The notes: a model not told the origin generated them from the letters alone. Numbered from the stretch's first letter, positions 28,027 to 38,050 are shown. The stretch is DNA of 64,000 bases from Candidatus Levyibacteriota bacterium (GCA_038254115.1 JBBSGK010000004.1:4227-68226), one strand, 5' to 3'. Numbers and translations: made by a program.

Positions 28027-29211
28027 TTAATTTTTTGAAATCTTATATTGCGATAAAGAGAAGATGATGAATGCCAGGAAGGCCATCCCGCTTCCGAAGA
28101 GGAAAGTTGCAGATGGACTTATCATCGACCAGATTAGCCCCCCGGCAAATGATGCGATAAAAGTGCCGATTGCTGTGATTGTGTAGTAAGCTCCGAAATA
28201 AGTTCCTGACTCCGAACTTTCTATAAATTCTGAAATGTATGCTTTGGAAACACCATCTGTTGCCGCTATATATATTCCATAAATTGGGAATAAAATCCAT
28301 AAGAAGTTGGCTGTTTTGATCAAGCCGAAAAATAAATAAACTATGGCAAAAATTATAAGTCCTCCTGAGAAGACTTTTTTGGCGCCGATTTTATCAGACA
28401 ACTTTCCAAGCGGTGTTGCAAATACGGTTTGCGAGATATTGTATAGAACGTATGCAAGAACTACCAGAGTTGTTGTGAGTCCCAGATCTTTGGCCCGCAG
28501 GAGTAGGAATGCGTCTGAGCTATTACCTGCCGCAAAAAGAAAACTGACAACAAGGAAAAGCTTGAGCCTTGTATCAATCAGGCTCCATTTGAGATTTTTG
28601 AAGTGGAATTTACGCTCAGTTTTAGTCTTTTTAGTTTCTTTCACAAAGAAAAATAACAAAGCAACTGCTATTACGGCCGGGATAAAAGCGATGAAAAAAG
28701 TAAGGCGTATGTTTTCTTTTAGCAATGCTAGCAGTCCGAGTGCTAGCAATGGACCGATTACAGCGCCAAGACTATCAAATGCGCGGTGAAAGCCAAAAAT
28801 AAATCCTTTGTTGTGCTTTTGTGTATTATCAAGCAGCAGACTATCTCTTGCTGCAGTCCTCATTCCTTTTCCGAGCCTGTCAATGAAGCGGGCAAATAGG
28901 ACTAGAGGCCAGGTATAAGCGAGTCCTGTCAAGAGTTTGGAAATTGCTCCAAAAGAATACCCTCCGATAACAAAAGGTTTTCTTTTCTGCATATAGTCGG
29001 AGTAGGCTCCAAAGAGAAATTTGGTAATCGCAGCAGTTGCCTCAGCAGTTCCTTCAATTAGACCGATGACAGGTATTGGTGTATGTAAAACAGATGTCAG
29101 AAAGATCGGGACGATGGGGTAAATCATCTCAGAGGATAGATCATTGAAAAAACTCACAAGTCCTAAGAATAGAACCGGTCGGGGAATTTTTTTGAGGTTT
29201 GGAAAATTCAT
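28027..29211 (-). CDS. MFS transporter
   Basis: About 12 TM helices; SFFNDLSSEMIYP, DRLGKGMRTAARD and GKLSDKIG motifs. Confidence 0.93.
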   Translation of the reverse strand: MNFPNLKKIPRPVLFLGLVSFFNDLSSEMIYPIVPIFLTSVLHTPIPVIGLIEGTAEATAAITKFLFGAYSDYMQKRKPFVIGGYSFGAISKLLTGLAYTWPLVLFARFIDRLGKGMRTAARDSLLLDNTQKHNKGFIFGFHRAFDSLGAVIGPLLALGLLALLKENIRLTFFIAFIPAVIAVALLFFFVKETKKTKTERKFHFKNLKWSLIDTRLKLFLVVSFLFAAGNSSDAFLLLRAKDLGLTTTLVVLAYVLYNISQTVFATPLGKLSDKIGAKKVFSGGLIIFAIVYLFFGLIKTANFLWILFPIYGIYIAATDGVSKAYISEFIESSESGTYFGAYYTITAIGTFIASFAGGLIWSMISPSATFLFGSGMAFLAFIIFSLSQYKISKN

Positions 29212-29251
29212 TTGGTTAAGTAATTATATCAAAAAATATTTTACAAATTAA

Positions 29252-30760
29252 CTATCCCAAACTTTTCCTGAGGATTGCAGCTTGAGTGATTAGGTCGGTA
29301 AGTGATCCGTCATCTGATTCCAATTTATCATAGATCTGATCTGTCAAGGTTTTGTGCTTGATTTCATCTTTTGTGACAGGTCCAAGTTTGATTCCAAGAG
29401 TTGTCTCAATTGCTCTTATGTCGTCCAATATTGGTTTCCAACCAGTGGACTTCTTACTCAATTTATTTAGATTATCAATGTTTAGATACCGTCCTGCCTG
29501 GTCCAGATCTTCTGAAATGTATTTGTAATATTTCTTGACGATATCAAGTTGTCCCATTTTTTTTGCGTTTTCCAGGCCGCGGCCTGTTCCTATCAGCTCA
29601 GGAGGAACGCCGATAGAATACAAAGCTGCGGTAAAACCGATCGCGCGTGGGAGTTTCACCTTTCCAACTCCACGCGAATATCCGAAAAGCCCGATGTGCT
29701 GGACCCGTTCACGCCGTCTTGGCAAAAATGCAGCTACCTTATTGATTAGTGGTGCAATTTTTTCAATTGTTTCGCGGTAGTTTTTCTCAAAACAAGGAAT
29801 CAAGCTTTGCAAAATATCTTCATCCTTTCCGGAAATTATCTCGGCCGTTTGCGTCGGAAGGGTGTCTTCAAGATATTTTATGGCTTTGATGACATCTTTT
29901 TTGTCAAAATCATACCTGAAAGCGCTTTGAATGGTAGTAGTGCGGATTCCTTTATATTCATCAGCAAATTTTTCAATGTTTGTCGGATCGATTCCCCCGC
30001 GGAAGGGAAGTACTGCTGCGCCGATTATCGGATAAAAAGGAATCCCAAGCTTTTCAGCTAATTTTCTGTATCTGGACAGGGCAATTTTAATTGCAAAGAC
30101 AGTCGGAACCATACCGAAATTAAGAGCAGGATCGGATCTAGCAACATAAGGGCGGATGTATGATGGTTTCTTCTTGAACTTATTTTCATAAAGACTTATG
30201 TATTTTTCAATTATTTTGTCAGAATTAATTATCGTTTCAACATCCTCAAATAGCGGGATAATCTTGGGATTGGTCAAAATATTTTCCAGACGGTACAGCG
30301 GATGAGTGAGCGAGTGGATCTGCTGATAGGCGACATGAATCTCAAAAATATCCTCAGCATTGGTGGTCATGGGAAGAATTACTTCAAATATCGGGGGAGT
30401 GGGGAGTCCAAAATGCTTGGCGACGCTTGCTGCGCTAGCTACGTTCATAAACGCGCGTCCTATTCTGAATTCTGTTTCGACTTTGGGATTGGGAAGTCTG
30501 AATGTCAAAAATGTTTCCTGCCCGAGAGGATTTTTTTGGAAAAATTCAAAATGCTCTCCAAACAATCTTTCAAGTACTGATTCATCAACCAATTTTCCTT
30601 CCCAGTCCCATTTGTATTCACGGATTCCAAGCTCTGAATATGCTAGAAATGTTTCGTGGGATTCAAAATTGGTCCTGATAAATTCACGGTCATGCCAAAA
30701 AGGCATGCTTGCGTGATCAGGGTGTTGAGTGGCCATAGTGGCTGAGATTTTTCTTTTCAT
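29252..30760 (-). CDS. ppcA: Archaeal-type phosphoenolpyruvate carboxylase
   Basis: MATQHPD, WDWEGK, ARSDPALN, LPFRG, TIQSAFRYD and LPRAIGFT motifs. Confidence 0.93.
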   Translation of the reverse strand: MKRKISATMATQHPDHASMPFWHDREFIRTNFESHETFLAYSELGIREYKWDWEGKLVDESVLERLFGEHFEFFQKNPLGQETFLTFRLPNPKVETEFRIGRAFMNVASAASVAKHFGLPTPPIFEVILPMTTNAEDIFEIHVAYQQIHSLTHPLYRLENILTNPKIIPLFEDVETIINSDKIIEKYISLYENKFKKKPSYIRPYVARSDPALNFGMVPTVFAIKIALSRYRKLAEKLGIPFYPIIGAAVLPFRGGIDPTNIEKFADEYKGIRTTTIQSAFRYDFDKKDVIKAIKYLEDTLPTQTAEIISGKDEDILQSLIPCFEKNYRETIEKIAPLINKVAAFLPRRRERVQHIGLFGYSRGVGKVKLPRAIGFTAALYSIGVPPELIGTGRGLENAKKMGQLDIVKKYYKYISEDLDQAGRYLNIDNLNKLSKKSTGWKPILDDIRAIETTLGIKLGPVTKDEIKHKTLTDQIYDKLESDDGSLTDLITQAAILRKSLG

Positions 30761-30786
30761 GGATAAGATGGATTATAGCAGATTTA

Positions 30787-31012
30787 TTGTGTACTTTTGG
30801 CAGCAAATGTATGCAAAACTGTTTTTTTATATGTTCTTTGTGTGGACAAAGAACCAAAGCCACCGCCAAGTCTAGCTCCAGCTTTCGGAATAGCACTCGC
30901 TCATTAAAAGAGTCAGTCTTCGCTACGCTTGCTTTTCCTCTTTTTCTGCCTGGCGGCAGACATTTTTTCGCTTATTTCTCATGCAGTCGCTCGAATCGGC
31001 GGATAATGGTTT
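30787..31012. repeat. Another unit of the ~200-bp non-coding repeat family
   Basis: Shares GTCTAGCTCCAGCTTT, CAGTCTTCGCT.CGCTTGCTTTTCCTCTTTT and ATTTCTCATGCAGTCGCTCGAATCGGCGGATA with 10524-10720. Confidence 0.85.
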
Positions 31013-31155
31013 AATTCTTTGGAAATGTGAGCGTTCAAATAAAAAAATTATTTGTATTTTGCGATTGAAACAAATATATTTAGTGAACATTCAAGCAAAG
31101 CACGTTTTGTAAATTGTGAATGAGTGGCATGTGTAACCAGCTTTATAGCATTTGC

Positions 31156-31809
31156 CTATATCTCTCTTCTTCCAGGACCTTCTATTCCTCTGAAAGCAAT
31201 TTCGGGGATCCTGCGTTCATTTTCGATTCCCAGTGTAATTGGATCGAGATCAAATACCATGGCTGATCCTGGTGGAATAGATTCTTCTATTTTTGGTTCT
31301 GGGTCCTCCGGATGTTTGAGTTTGTGCATAATTACACCAATTCCTTCTGAATGACCCATAATGCCAATCGTAAGTCCTTCATTTTTTTCATCCTGGACAA
31401 TTTCCGTAAAAGATTCCCAAATGCGTCGACTTAATTCTTCAGGTGATTCATCATCTTTATCATCTTGATTGGGTACATAAAATCCATTTTCTCCTATAGA
31501 TCCTTCAACCGGTTTTCCAACCCAACTAGGAGATGATATTGCCTGTAGACCTTTAAATGAAGTAAAGCGGGGACTTTTTTGCTCCAACATAGTTAGTAAA
31601 AGTGTGGCTGATGTTTCTGCTCTGGGAGTAGTGCTTGTGTATATAGCATCAAAAGGGGTACTCCTCAAAGAAGTTGCGAGGTTAGCTATTTCACCCTGCG
31701 CCTGAGGCGCAAGCTTTCCAGATGGACTATAAATAAGTTCCTGCCCTGACGCATTCCGTTCACGATTTACGCTGCCATGGCGCATGAGGACTACTCTTAC
31801 ATTCTTCAT
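31156..31809 (-). CDS. Histidine phosphatase (phosphoglycerate mutase-like) family protein
   Basis: LMRHG, IYTS..PRA and GES-like ESPEEL motifs; GH in GIMGHSEG. Confidence 0.85.
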   Translation of the reverse strand: MKNVRVVLMRHGSVNRERNASGQELIYSPSGKLAPQAQGEIANLATSLRSTPFDAIYTSTTPRAETSATLLLTMLEQKSPRFTSFKGLQAISSPSWVGKPVEGSIGENGFYVPNQDDKDDESPEELSRRIWESFTEIVQDEKNEGLTIGIMGHSEGIGVIMHKLKHPEDPEPKIEESIPPGSAMVFDLDPITLGIENERRIPEIAFRGIEGPGRREI

Positions 31810-31870
31810 GATGGGTATTTTACTTTAAAATTGATGGAGATACAACTATGGGGTTTAGGCGAAAAATATT

Positions 31871-32029
31871 TCAGTGCCATTTGTCGAATTCTTCAAACAT
31901 CTTAAGCCTTTTCTCGGATCCGTCGTATTCTGAATTGATAAATGCAGTTACAATATTTTTAGATTTCAGGTATGAAGAAACAATTTGTATAGCATCAAAG
32001 CCCTGCAAGTCAGCGCCCAAATAAATCAT
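31871..32029 (-). pseudogene. Internally deleted RpiB/LacAB sugar-phosphate isomerase remnant (52-aa mini-ORF)
   Basis: MIYLGADLQGFDAIQIVSSYLKSKNI fused to VTAFINSEYDGSEKRLKMFEEFDKWH*, i.e. RpiB-like N- and C-termini joined in frame. Confidence 0.7.
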
Positions 32030-32110
32030 GCTTGTAATATATCAAATTGTATTACCTTTTCCTTACATGTTTTATACCCGCTTCACACCCTGAGGCATTA
32101 TATTGTTGTA

Positions 32111-32413
32111 ATGAAGAAAAGTGAAAATGGAGTACTGGTTAAAAAGCAATCCAGCAATGGTCATCACAATTCAGTAACACCTGTTGTTGCCGGAATGGTG
32201 GGCGCAGCGGTCGGGGCAGGAGTCGGGATTGCCGGGGCAATCGCGATGAGAGATGAGAAAACAAAAGCTAAAATGATCGATGTGCTCCATACTGTATCGA
32301 AGAAAGCCAGTGAGTATATGGATAATATGAAAAAAGAAGCTACAATTCAACTGAAAGATAAAGCAGGGGAGGCAGTTCCGGAAATTAAAAAAATTGCAGC
32401 GGGTAACAGATAA
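32111..32413 (+). CDS. Small protein with Gly/Ala-rich hydrophobic helix (YtxH-like)
   Basis: VAGMVGAAVGAGVGIAGAIAM followed by a charged helix; start refined. Confidence 0.65.
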   Translation: MKKSENGVLVKKQSSNGHHNSVTPVVAGMVGAAVGAGVGIAGAIAMRDEKTKAKMIDVLHTVSKKASEYMDNMKKEATIQLKDKAGEAVPEIKKIAAGNR

Positions 32414-32414
32414 T

Positions 32415-32504
32415 ATGTCTATACTATTTTTTTCATCAATTAGTCTTATTGGATCGGTCATACTTGCTTATCTTTTGATACAACTTGGCCACGAACTATT
32501 GTAG
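32415..32504 (+). CDS. Possible 29-aa membrane peptide
   Basis: MSILFFSSISLIGSVILAYLLIQLGHELL*, starting 1 nt after the upstream stop. Confidence 0.35.
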   Translation: MSILFFSSISLIGSVILAYLLIQLGHELL

Positions 32505-32572
32505 GGATTTAAGAACCTCATTTACCTCATTGCATTTAAAACTTTTTATGTTAAATTAGATACAGTAAAATA

Positions 32573-33280
32573 ATGAAAAAAACCCACTCAACAACTGAAA
32601 AACAGGCAAGTCCATCCTTGGCAAAAATAATATTGGAATTTTTAGGCTTAGTCGTTTTATCGCTACTGCTAGGCTTGTTTCTGCAGAACAATAAAAATGC
32701 AATGCCGTTTGATAGATTTTTTTATGGACTGGCAGATAAAGTTCCTCATGGACCGTTTTTAGACAGCATAATGTCTGTCTTTGATTACAATTTCCTGCCT
32801 ATCAGCGCCCATCCCCAATTTTTTTTAATTATAATGTTGGTTGCAGTAATATATATAGGGTTAAAAAAACCTAAAGATTTTTGGTATATTGTATTAGCGC
32901 TTACAATCGGAGGTATTATAGCGAGGTTAATCATATTTATAGACACTACATTGGTTTATAGACAACGGCCTTGGCTTTTTCTTCCAAACCATGTCAGCAA
33001 TACTTTAAAGGAAGCTCTAAAAAGTTGGACCTCCTATCCCTCGGGGCACACGAGAGATACGCTTATGATTGGGTTGATTGTAAGTTATTTCATACCCAAA
33101 CTTAAATATTTTATGATTTTTCTTGCACTTCTTGTAGGATTTAGCCGGCTATATTATGGAGTTCATTTCCCGACAGACATTTTGTCAGGTTTAATTATCG
33201 GATATTTTGCTTACATAATAGTAATTAAATTAACAGAGTATATAAGAGGACGATTTTATCCTACTCATGGATCAAGATAG
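32573..33280 (+). CDS. PAP2-family phosphatase
   Basis: RQRP, SYPSGH and SRLYYGVHFPTD motifs. Confidence 0.9.
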   Translation: MKKTHSTTEKQASPSLAKIILEFLGLVVLSLLLGLFLQNNKNAMPFDRFFYGLADKVPHGPFLDSIMSVFDYNFLPISAHPQFFLIIMLVAVIYIGLKKPKDFWYIVLALTIGGIIARLIIFIDTTLVYRQRPWLFLPNHVSNTLKEALKSWTSYPSGHTRDTLMIGLIVSYFIPKLKYFMIFLALLVGFSRLYYGVHFPTDILSGLIIGYFAYIIVIKLTEYIRGRFYPTHGSR

Positions 33281-34248
33281 GTGCGCTTCAAAAGAGCTGC
33301 GCTTTCAGGCTTGGGAAAACCTGTAATCACGTTAATTGCGCTTGGTACTATTTTAAATTCGACAGGAGTTTCTCCAAAAAGTCTTGCATCTGCATGCACC
33401 ATCTTTTCTACTTCGGATGTTATTTTAACTTTTTCAGCTTGATATGTTTTTATATCTTTGATTTTCTTGCCGGGGCGTTTAAATAAAAGCCTTAGAATAT
33501 GAAGAGTTAAGCCAAACATATTCATATTAAAAAGGGTCACAGTTAATTTATGATCATTGAGTTTGGCATCCGGAGCAAGCTCAAGCGCAAGCCCTCCTAG
33601 TGGCCCGTTGGATACAGTTACCATAGTTGCTTTTGTTTCGATTGCGCTATTGTCGAGATAAACCTGCGCTCTATGCCCATAATATGAAAAAAGAGCTTTA
33701 ATAATTCTAAAACCGCTTAGATATTCCTTCCTATCAAAAAATCCTGAAAAGTTATAATGCATTTCCGCGTCAATTCCAAGTCCTGCCTGTTCCAGAAAAT
33801 AATAAGGCTTTTCCATTTTTTCACCATTCAATTTTGTAATACTTCCCAAATCAATTTTTCTAACACGTTTTATTTTTATCAATTGTACAGCTTTTTCAAT
33901 TTCCAGTGGAATTGAGAGCATGCGGGAAACATTCATGACAGTTCCGAGCGGGAGTATAGCAACTGTTACATCTGTGCCCACAAGGCCGTTAATTACTTCA
34001 CCTACAGTTCCGTCACCTCCTGCTGCAATTATAAGATCATAGCCTTCTTTTACGCTGTTTCGCGCTAGAACTGTTGCATGTCTTGCATAACGTGTTGGGA
34101 AGTAGTCAACAGGGATCTGGTATTGCTTGAGCATATTCTTAATATCTTCAAGAGTCATTTTTGAATACAGAGGATTTTTATTGCGTTTTTCTCCTGAATG
34201 CGGATTGTAAATTAGTTTGGCTTTTTTGATTCCTTCGTTTTTTTTCAT
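33265..34248 (-). CDS. Diacylglycerol kinase-family lipid kinase (YegS/DgkB-like)
   Basis: IYNPHSG, AGGDGTVGEVING and LPLGT.MN motifs. Confidence 0.92.
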   Translation of the reverse strand: MKKNEGIKKAKLIYNPHSGEKRNKNPLYSKMTLEDIKNMLKQYQIPVDYFPTRYARHATVLARNSVKEGYDLIIAAGGDGTVGEVINGLVGTDVTVAILPLGTVMNVSRMLSIPLEIEKAVQLIKIKRVRKIDLGSITKLNGEKMEKPYYFLEQAGLGIDAEMHYNFSGFFDRKEYLSGFRIIKALFSYYGHRAQVYLDNSAIETKATMVTVSNGPLGGLALELAPDAKLNDHKLTVTLFNMNMFGLTLHILRLLFKRPGKKIKDIKTYQAEKVKITSEVEKMVHADARLFGETPVEFKIVPSAINVITGFPKPESAALLKRTYLDP

Positions 34249-34249
34249 A

Positions 34250-35221
34250 TTATTTTTTCACGATAGGTTTTTTATTAAAAATCAGAGTTTTTGAATAGAA
34301 CAAAAGCAAAAATACAGCCCCGAAAAGTATATAAAAAACAAGAGTAATGAAGCGGAAAATCAAAATTGAGGCAAAAGCTTTTTCAAATGCGACGTTCATA
34401 AGAACGAAAACCCCTGCAATCCCACCTTCGGCAAGTCCTACGCCTCCCGGGACGATGCCTGAAATAGCCCCGATGATAATACTCATCGCGTAAATATATA
34501 TGCTTTGCGCAAAGGTTAGTGGCAGGGAATAGGCGCTAACAATAATATATATCATAAGACCTCCTACAACGTTTGAAAATAAACCTATGCCGATATTGAG
34601 CAGAAATGTACCACCCGGTTTGTGATCGCTTCCTTCATGAAGCATGTTTTTTCTGACTCCTTTCTGGGTTGCTTTAAGAGTCATAGCAGGTTTTTTAAGT
34701 TTTTTAACTTTTCCGATCTTACCGAACAATTTGAAAAGTATTTTTTTATTCCAAATCAAATAAATGGTGAGTAGCATTAGTACAAGCGCAATCAAAGCTA
34801 CATTTAATAGAATTCCGTAAACTAAGCTTCCTATAATCGCAATTATTGCCGAGGAGAAAAATACAATCAAAGCCTGCATTACGACTGGTCCTGATGTTTC
34901 TTTGGTATCAACTCCGGTTTCTTCTTTTAAGATTACGGTTCTGAAAGCTTCCCCGCCTGGGATTGATGAGGTAGCTTGTCCTGCAATATAGACTTTGCAT
35001 ATCTGCCAAAAACTTACTTTGATATCATTTTTCCGCAGAAGCAGGAAAAACCGCCATGATTTAAGTAAAGATATTAATGTTGCTAACAGGCATAAATAAA
35101 TAAGCCGTTCTTTTGGAAAACGACTGATTTCTTTAGACAAAACATTTAGATTAACAGCATGGCTCAATGCAAATAGTACGAGAACACCAATGATGATGAA
35201 AATTATAAAACGGTATTTCAT
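34250..35221 (-). CDS. UPF0104 / lysylphosphatidylglycerol-synthase TM (flippase-like) protein
   Basis: PGGEAFR, VPGGVGLAEGG and LIFRFIT motifs; multiple TM helices. Confidence 0.88.
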   Translation of the reverse strand: MKYRFIIFIIIGVLVLFALSHAVNLNVLSKEISRFPKERLIYLCLLATLISLLKSWRFFLLLRKNDIKVSFWQICKVYIAGQATSSIPGGEAFRTVILKEETGVDTKETSGPVVMQALIVFFSSAIIAIIGSLVYGILLNVALIALVLMLLTIYLIWNKKILFKLFGKIGKVKKLKKPAMTLKATQKGVRKNMLHEGSDHKPGGTFLLNIGIGLFSNVVGGLMIYIIVSAYSLPLTFAQSIYIYAMSIIIGAISGIVPGGVGLAEGGIAGVFVLMNVAFEKAFASILIFRFITLVFYILFGAVFLLLFYSKTLIFNKKPIVKK

Positions 35222-35222
35222 A

Positions 35223-35987
35223 TTATGAAGGTTTTACTTTGGGCTGCCATTTGTTGAATAGGAATATTACAATTGAAAGCCAGATAAAACCAACCAGATA
35301 TGCTCCCATTACATCTGAAAACCAGTGGGCTCCCAAATAAATTCTGGATGTACCGATTAGCGAAACTAAAAATGTTAATATCACAAGAAGAATTATGCGG
35401 AATTTATTGCTTGCAGGTAAAGTAAAGGTAAGATAGAGTAAAAATCCAAAAAATCCAACAAAAAACAATACATGACCTGAAGGAAAGCTATCAGGCTTAA
35501 GATAGCGTGCCACCTGGTGTATGAGCTTGGGATTTGGTCTTAACCTGTGAACAAAATGCTTCATAGTGACTGAAATAATTGTTGCTCCGGCTGTTGAAAA
35601 AATAACCATCATACCTTCTTTTTTACGTTTCTTCAGGAATAAGATTCCGGATGTAATAAGCAGCAGGACAGGGCTTATTCCGGGATTTCCAAGCCATGTT
35701 AAAAAATTCATAAGCATGTCAAACCATGAAGCATTGAACTCCTGCACCTCCTGGGTAATTGTTAAGTCTATTGCAAAATACGGTTTTTGTTTGGCAAAAA
35801 AAGTAAGAACTGCAACCGCACCCATAACAGATGCAAGGATAATATATGATGCAATTCTCCGTGCGTTATAGACGCGTTGGGAAACGACCGGTATGTTATC
35901 AACAGGTTTTGTTACTTTTTTAAGTGATTCAACTTTTTCTTCGATTGCTTTTTTTACAACCGGTAATTTTTTCTTTGGTTTTGCCAT
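35223..35987 (-). CDS. PAP2-family phosphatase
   Basis: K......RP, SFPSGH and SRIYLGAHWFSDV motifs. Confidence 0.92.
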   Translation of the reverse strand: MAKPKKKLPVVKKAIEEKVESLKKVTKPVDNIPVVSQRVYNARRIASYIILASVMGAVAVLTFFAKQKPYFAIDLTITQEVQEFNASWFDMLMNFLTWLGNPGISPVLLLITSGILFLKKRKKEGMMVIFSTAGATIISVTMKHFVHRLRPNPKLIHQVARYLKPDSFPSGHVLFFVGFFGFLLYLTFTLPASNKFRIILLVILTFLVSLIGTSRIYLGAHWFSDVMGAYLVGFIWLSIVIFLFNKWQPKVKPS

Positions 35988-36005
35988 ATAATTTATACGA
36001 TTCTG

Positions 36006-36926
36006 CTATTTTACCATAATCGTCAAGGATTTGGGAAAAATTTCGACTTTCAATTTTTCGACCGGATCGAAAAGGTCACCATCGCATTGAAAAGCTTTTT
36101 TACCTCTTAATGAAACTACGGAAATCTCTTTGCCTGAAAGCAATTTATAGTGCGGGCTTTTGTTGATATTTCCTCTTAAAATATTGATTGCTAAATCAAT
36201 CCAGTGCAGAATTCCTGATGCCTGCATAATACCGATTCTGAGTATTCCATTATCAGCTCTCGCTCCCGGAACTGCTTCAATACCTGATTCAATGCGTCCC
36301 ATGTTTGCGATCATGACACTTTTTGCTTTATAAGTTTTAGGTGGTTTTTTATCAATTGAAACTTTATAATATCCTGATGGGGAGCCAAGGCTTTTAAATC
36401 CTCCTATTATATATGCGAAAAATCCGAGTTTGTTTTTTACTTTACGGTCAGTGTTCTGCATCAATTCTGCGTCAAGTCCTATTCCTGCGATGATTGAGAA
36501 AAATATTCCGTTTGCGCGCCCGATATCTATTTTCTGAGGCTTACCCAATAGTGCAACAGGAATTGCTTTTTTATAATCTGTTGGAATTTTAAGATTCTTG
36601 GCAAACAAATTTCCGGTACCTAGGGGGACTACTCCGATAACGGCCTTTTGTTTGCTTACAGCCTGCAGAATCTCCATTATTGTTCCGTCACCGCCGCAAG
36701 CAATTATATGTCTAGTGCCATTTGCTAGCGCTTTTTTTGCGATAGTGCCGCCATTTATTTTGCGCGACGTTTCATATGCTTTTCCATGCCATCCAAGTTC
36801 TTTTGCAATCTCTAAGATTTTATCTTTCCTTTTCTGACCATCCCCAACCCCGCTTACGGGATTGATGATAAATACAGCATTTTTTGGGCCGTTTTTAGTA
36901 TTAATTTTTATTTTTGTATCAGTCAT
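36006..36926 (-). CDS. Diacylglycerol kinase-family lipid kinase
   Basis: INPVSG, CGGDGT, PLGTGNLFAKNL, GIGLDA and QCDGD motifs. Confidence 0.92.
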   Translation of the reverse strand: MTDTKIKINTKNGPKNAVFIINPVSGVGDGQKRKDKILEIAKELGWHGKAYETSRKINGGTIAKKALANGTRHIIACGGDGTIMEILQAVSKQKAVIGVVPLGTGNLFAKNLKIPTDYKKAIPVALLGKPQKIDIGRANGIFFSIIAGIGLDAELMQNTDRKVKNKLGFFAYIIGGFKSLGSPSGYYKVSIDKKPPKTYKAKSVMIANMGRIESGIEAVPGARADNGILRIGIMQASGILHWIDLAINILRGNINKSPHYKLLSGKEISVVSLRGKKAFQCDGDLFDPVEKLKVEIFPKSLTIMVK

Positions 36927-37022
36927 AATTTAAGCAGAATGATACATTGTATCATTTAAATTGCAATTAATGTGTGAGATTATCGATTTGATGCAAATAA
37001 TATGTATTGTTATAATGTGAAT

Positions 37023-37928
37023 GTGCAATTCAGTTTTGTCCCCAAAGGTCCCTTTAATTTACTAAACCAGAATAAATACTTCGGCGGTTGGCCCTCCCTC
37101 AACGATGAAAACAATGCGATAGTTCAAGCATTTCCAGTTGAGGGATGGAGCGATTCCGGAGCTGTTGTAATGGAGCAATCATCTGATGGAAAAATAAGAG
37201 GAGAAGTATTGGGTACAAAAAATTCAGAAAAAGCATGGAAGCAGGCTCTTGCAAATATTTCGCTTGATGTAGATGCAAGAAGTTGGCCTGAAGTAGGGCA
37301 ACGCGATCAGGTAATAAAAAATTTACAGGTGAAATATGATTATCTCCGTCCCATACTTTTCAATTCACCATATGAAGCAGCTGTTTCATTTATCATAGGT
37401 CACCGGATCTCAATCAAACAGGGGAGGGCATTAAGGCAAAATATTTCACAGGAGTTTGGTCAGGAGATTAAAATAGGCAATAAGTCATTTTTTGCTTTCC
37501 CAAATCCGGTTGTGATGCAGCGGATTGAAAAATACCCCGGACTTAGCGGCGAAAAAATAGTACGTCTTCAGGGGGTTGCTAAGGCTGCGCTTGAGGGATT
37601 ACTGGATAGAAAATATTTGCGCAGTATTCCGGTTGAAGAGGCACTTTCAAAGATTTGTACGATAAGGGGGATTGGCAAATTTTTTGCGCAGGGAATATTA
37701 CTGCGTGGCGCAGGGCTTAGTGATTTTGTAACAGAGGATGATATTACCCCGCAAGCAATCCAACAGTTGTACAAATTGGATCATGAACCGAATCGTGCTG
37801 AAGTGTTGGAGATTGCAGATAAATGGAAACCATACCGGATGTGGGCGACTGTCCTTATGCATGTTTGGATAAGAAGTGAGGGAGAGATAGTGAGAAGAAA
37901 CACTCCATTCAGTAAAGTAAAGAAATAA
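37023..37928 (+). CDS. DNA-3-methyladenine glycosylase II (AlkA family)
   Basis: FNSPYEAA, HhH IRGIG and WKPYRMWA motifs; GTG start 6 nt after TATAAT. Confidence 0.88.
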   Translation: MQFSFVPKGPFNLLNQNKYFGGWPSLNDENNAIVQAFPVEGWSDSGAVVMEQSSDGKIRGEVLGTKNSEKAWKQALANISLDVDARSWPEVGQRDQVIKNLQVKYDYLRPILFNSPYEAAVSFIIGHRISIKQGRALRQNISQEFGQEIKIGNKSFFAFPNPVVMQRIEKYPGLSGEKIVRLQGVAKAALEGLLDRKYLRSIPVEEALSKICTIRGIGKFFAQGILLRGAGLSDFVTEDDITPQAIQQLYKLDHEPNRAEVLEIADKWKPYRMWATVLMHVWIRSEGEIVRRNTPFSKVKK

Positions 37929-37929
37929 T

Positions 37930-38050
37930 ATGAGCGATATCCCAAATATATCTTTTCAGAAGCTGCAAGTGGCGGATATTCCCCAAATTCATAAGTGGCT
38001 TAAAGAGCCGCATGTACACGCATGGTAAGATAGGTACAAGAAAAATTCTA
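37930..38050 (+). pseudogene. Diverged, truncated copy of the GNAT 5' end
   Basis: MSDIPNISFQKLQVADIPQIHKWLKEPHVHAW*DRYKKNS versus MLNSHKISFRKLEVGDIPQIHKWLKEPHVHEWYDRDKKNS at 38985. Confidence 0.9.

Noticed and set aside
29252-30760. Archaeal-type PEP carboxylase as a novelty
   Set aside because: PpcA is already known from various bacteria, so it is recorded as a feature only.
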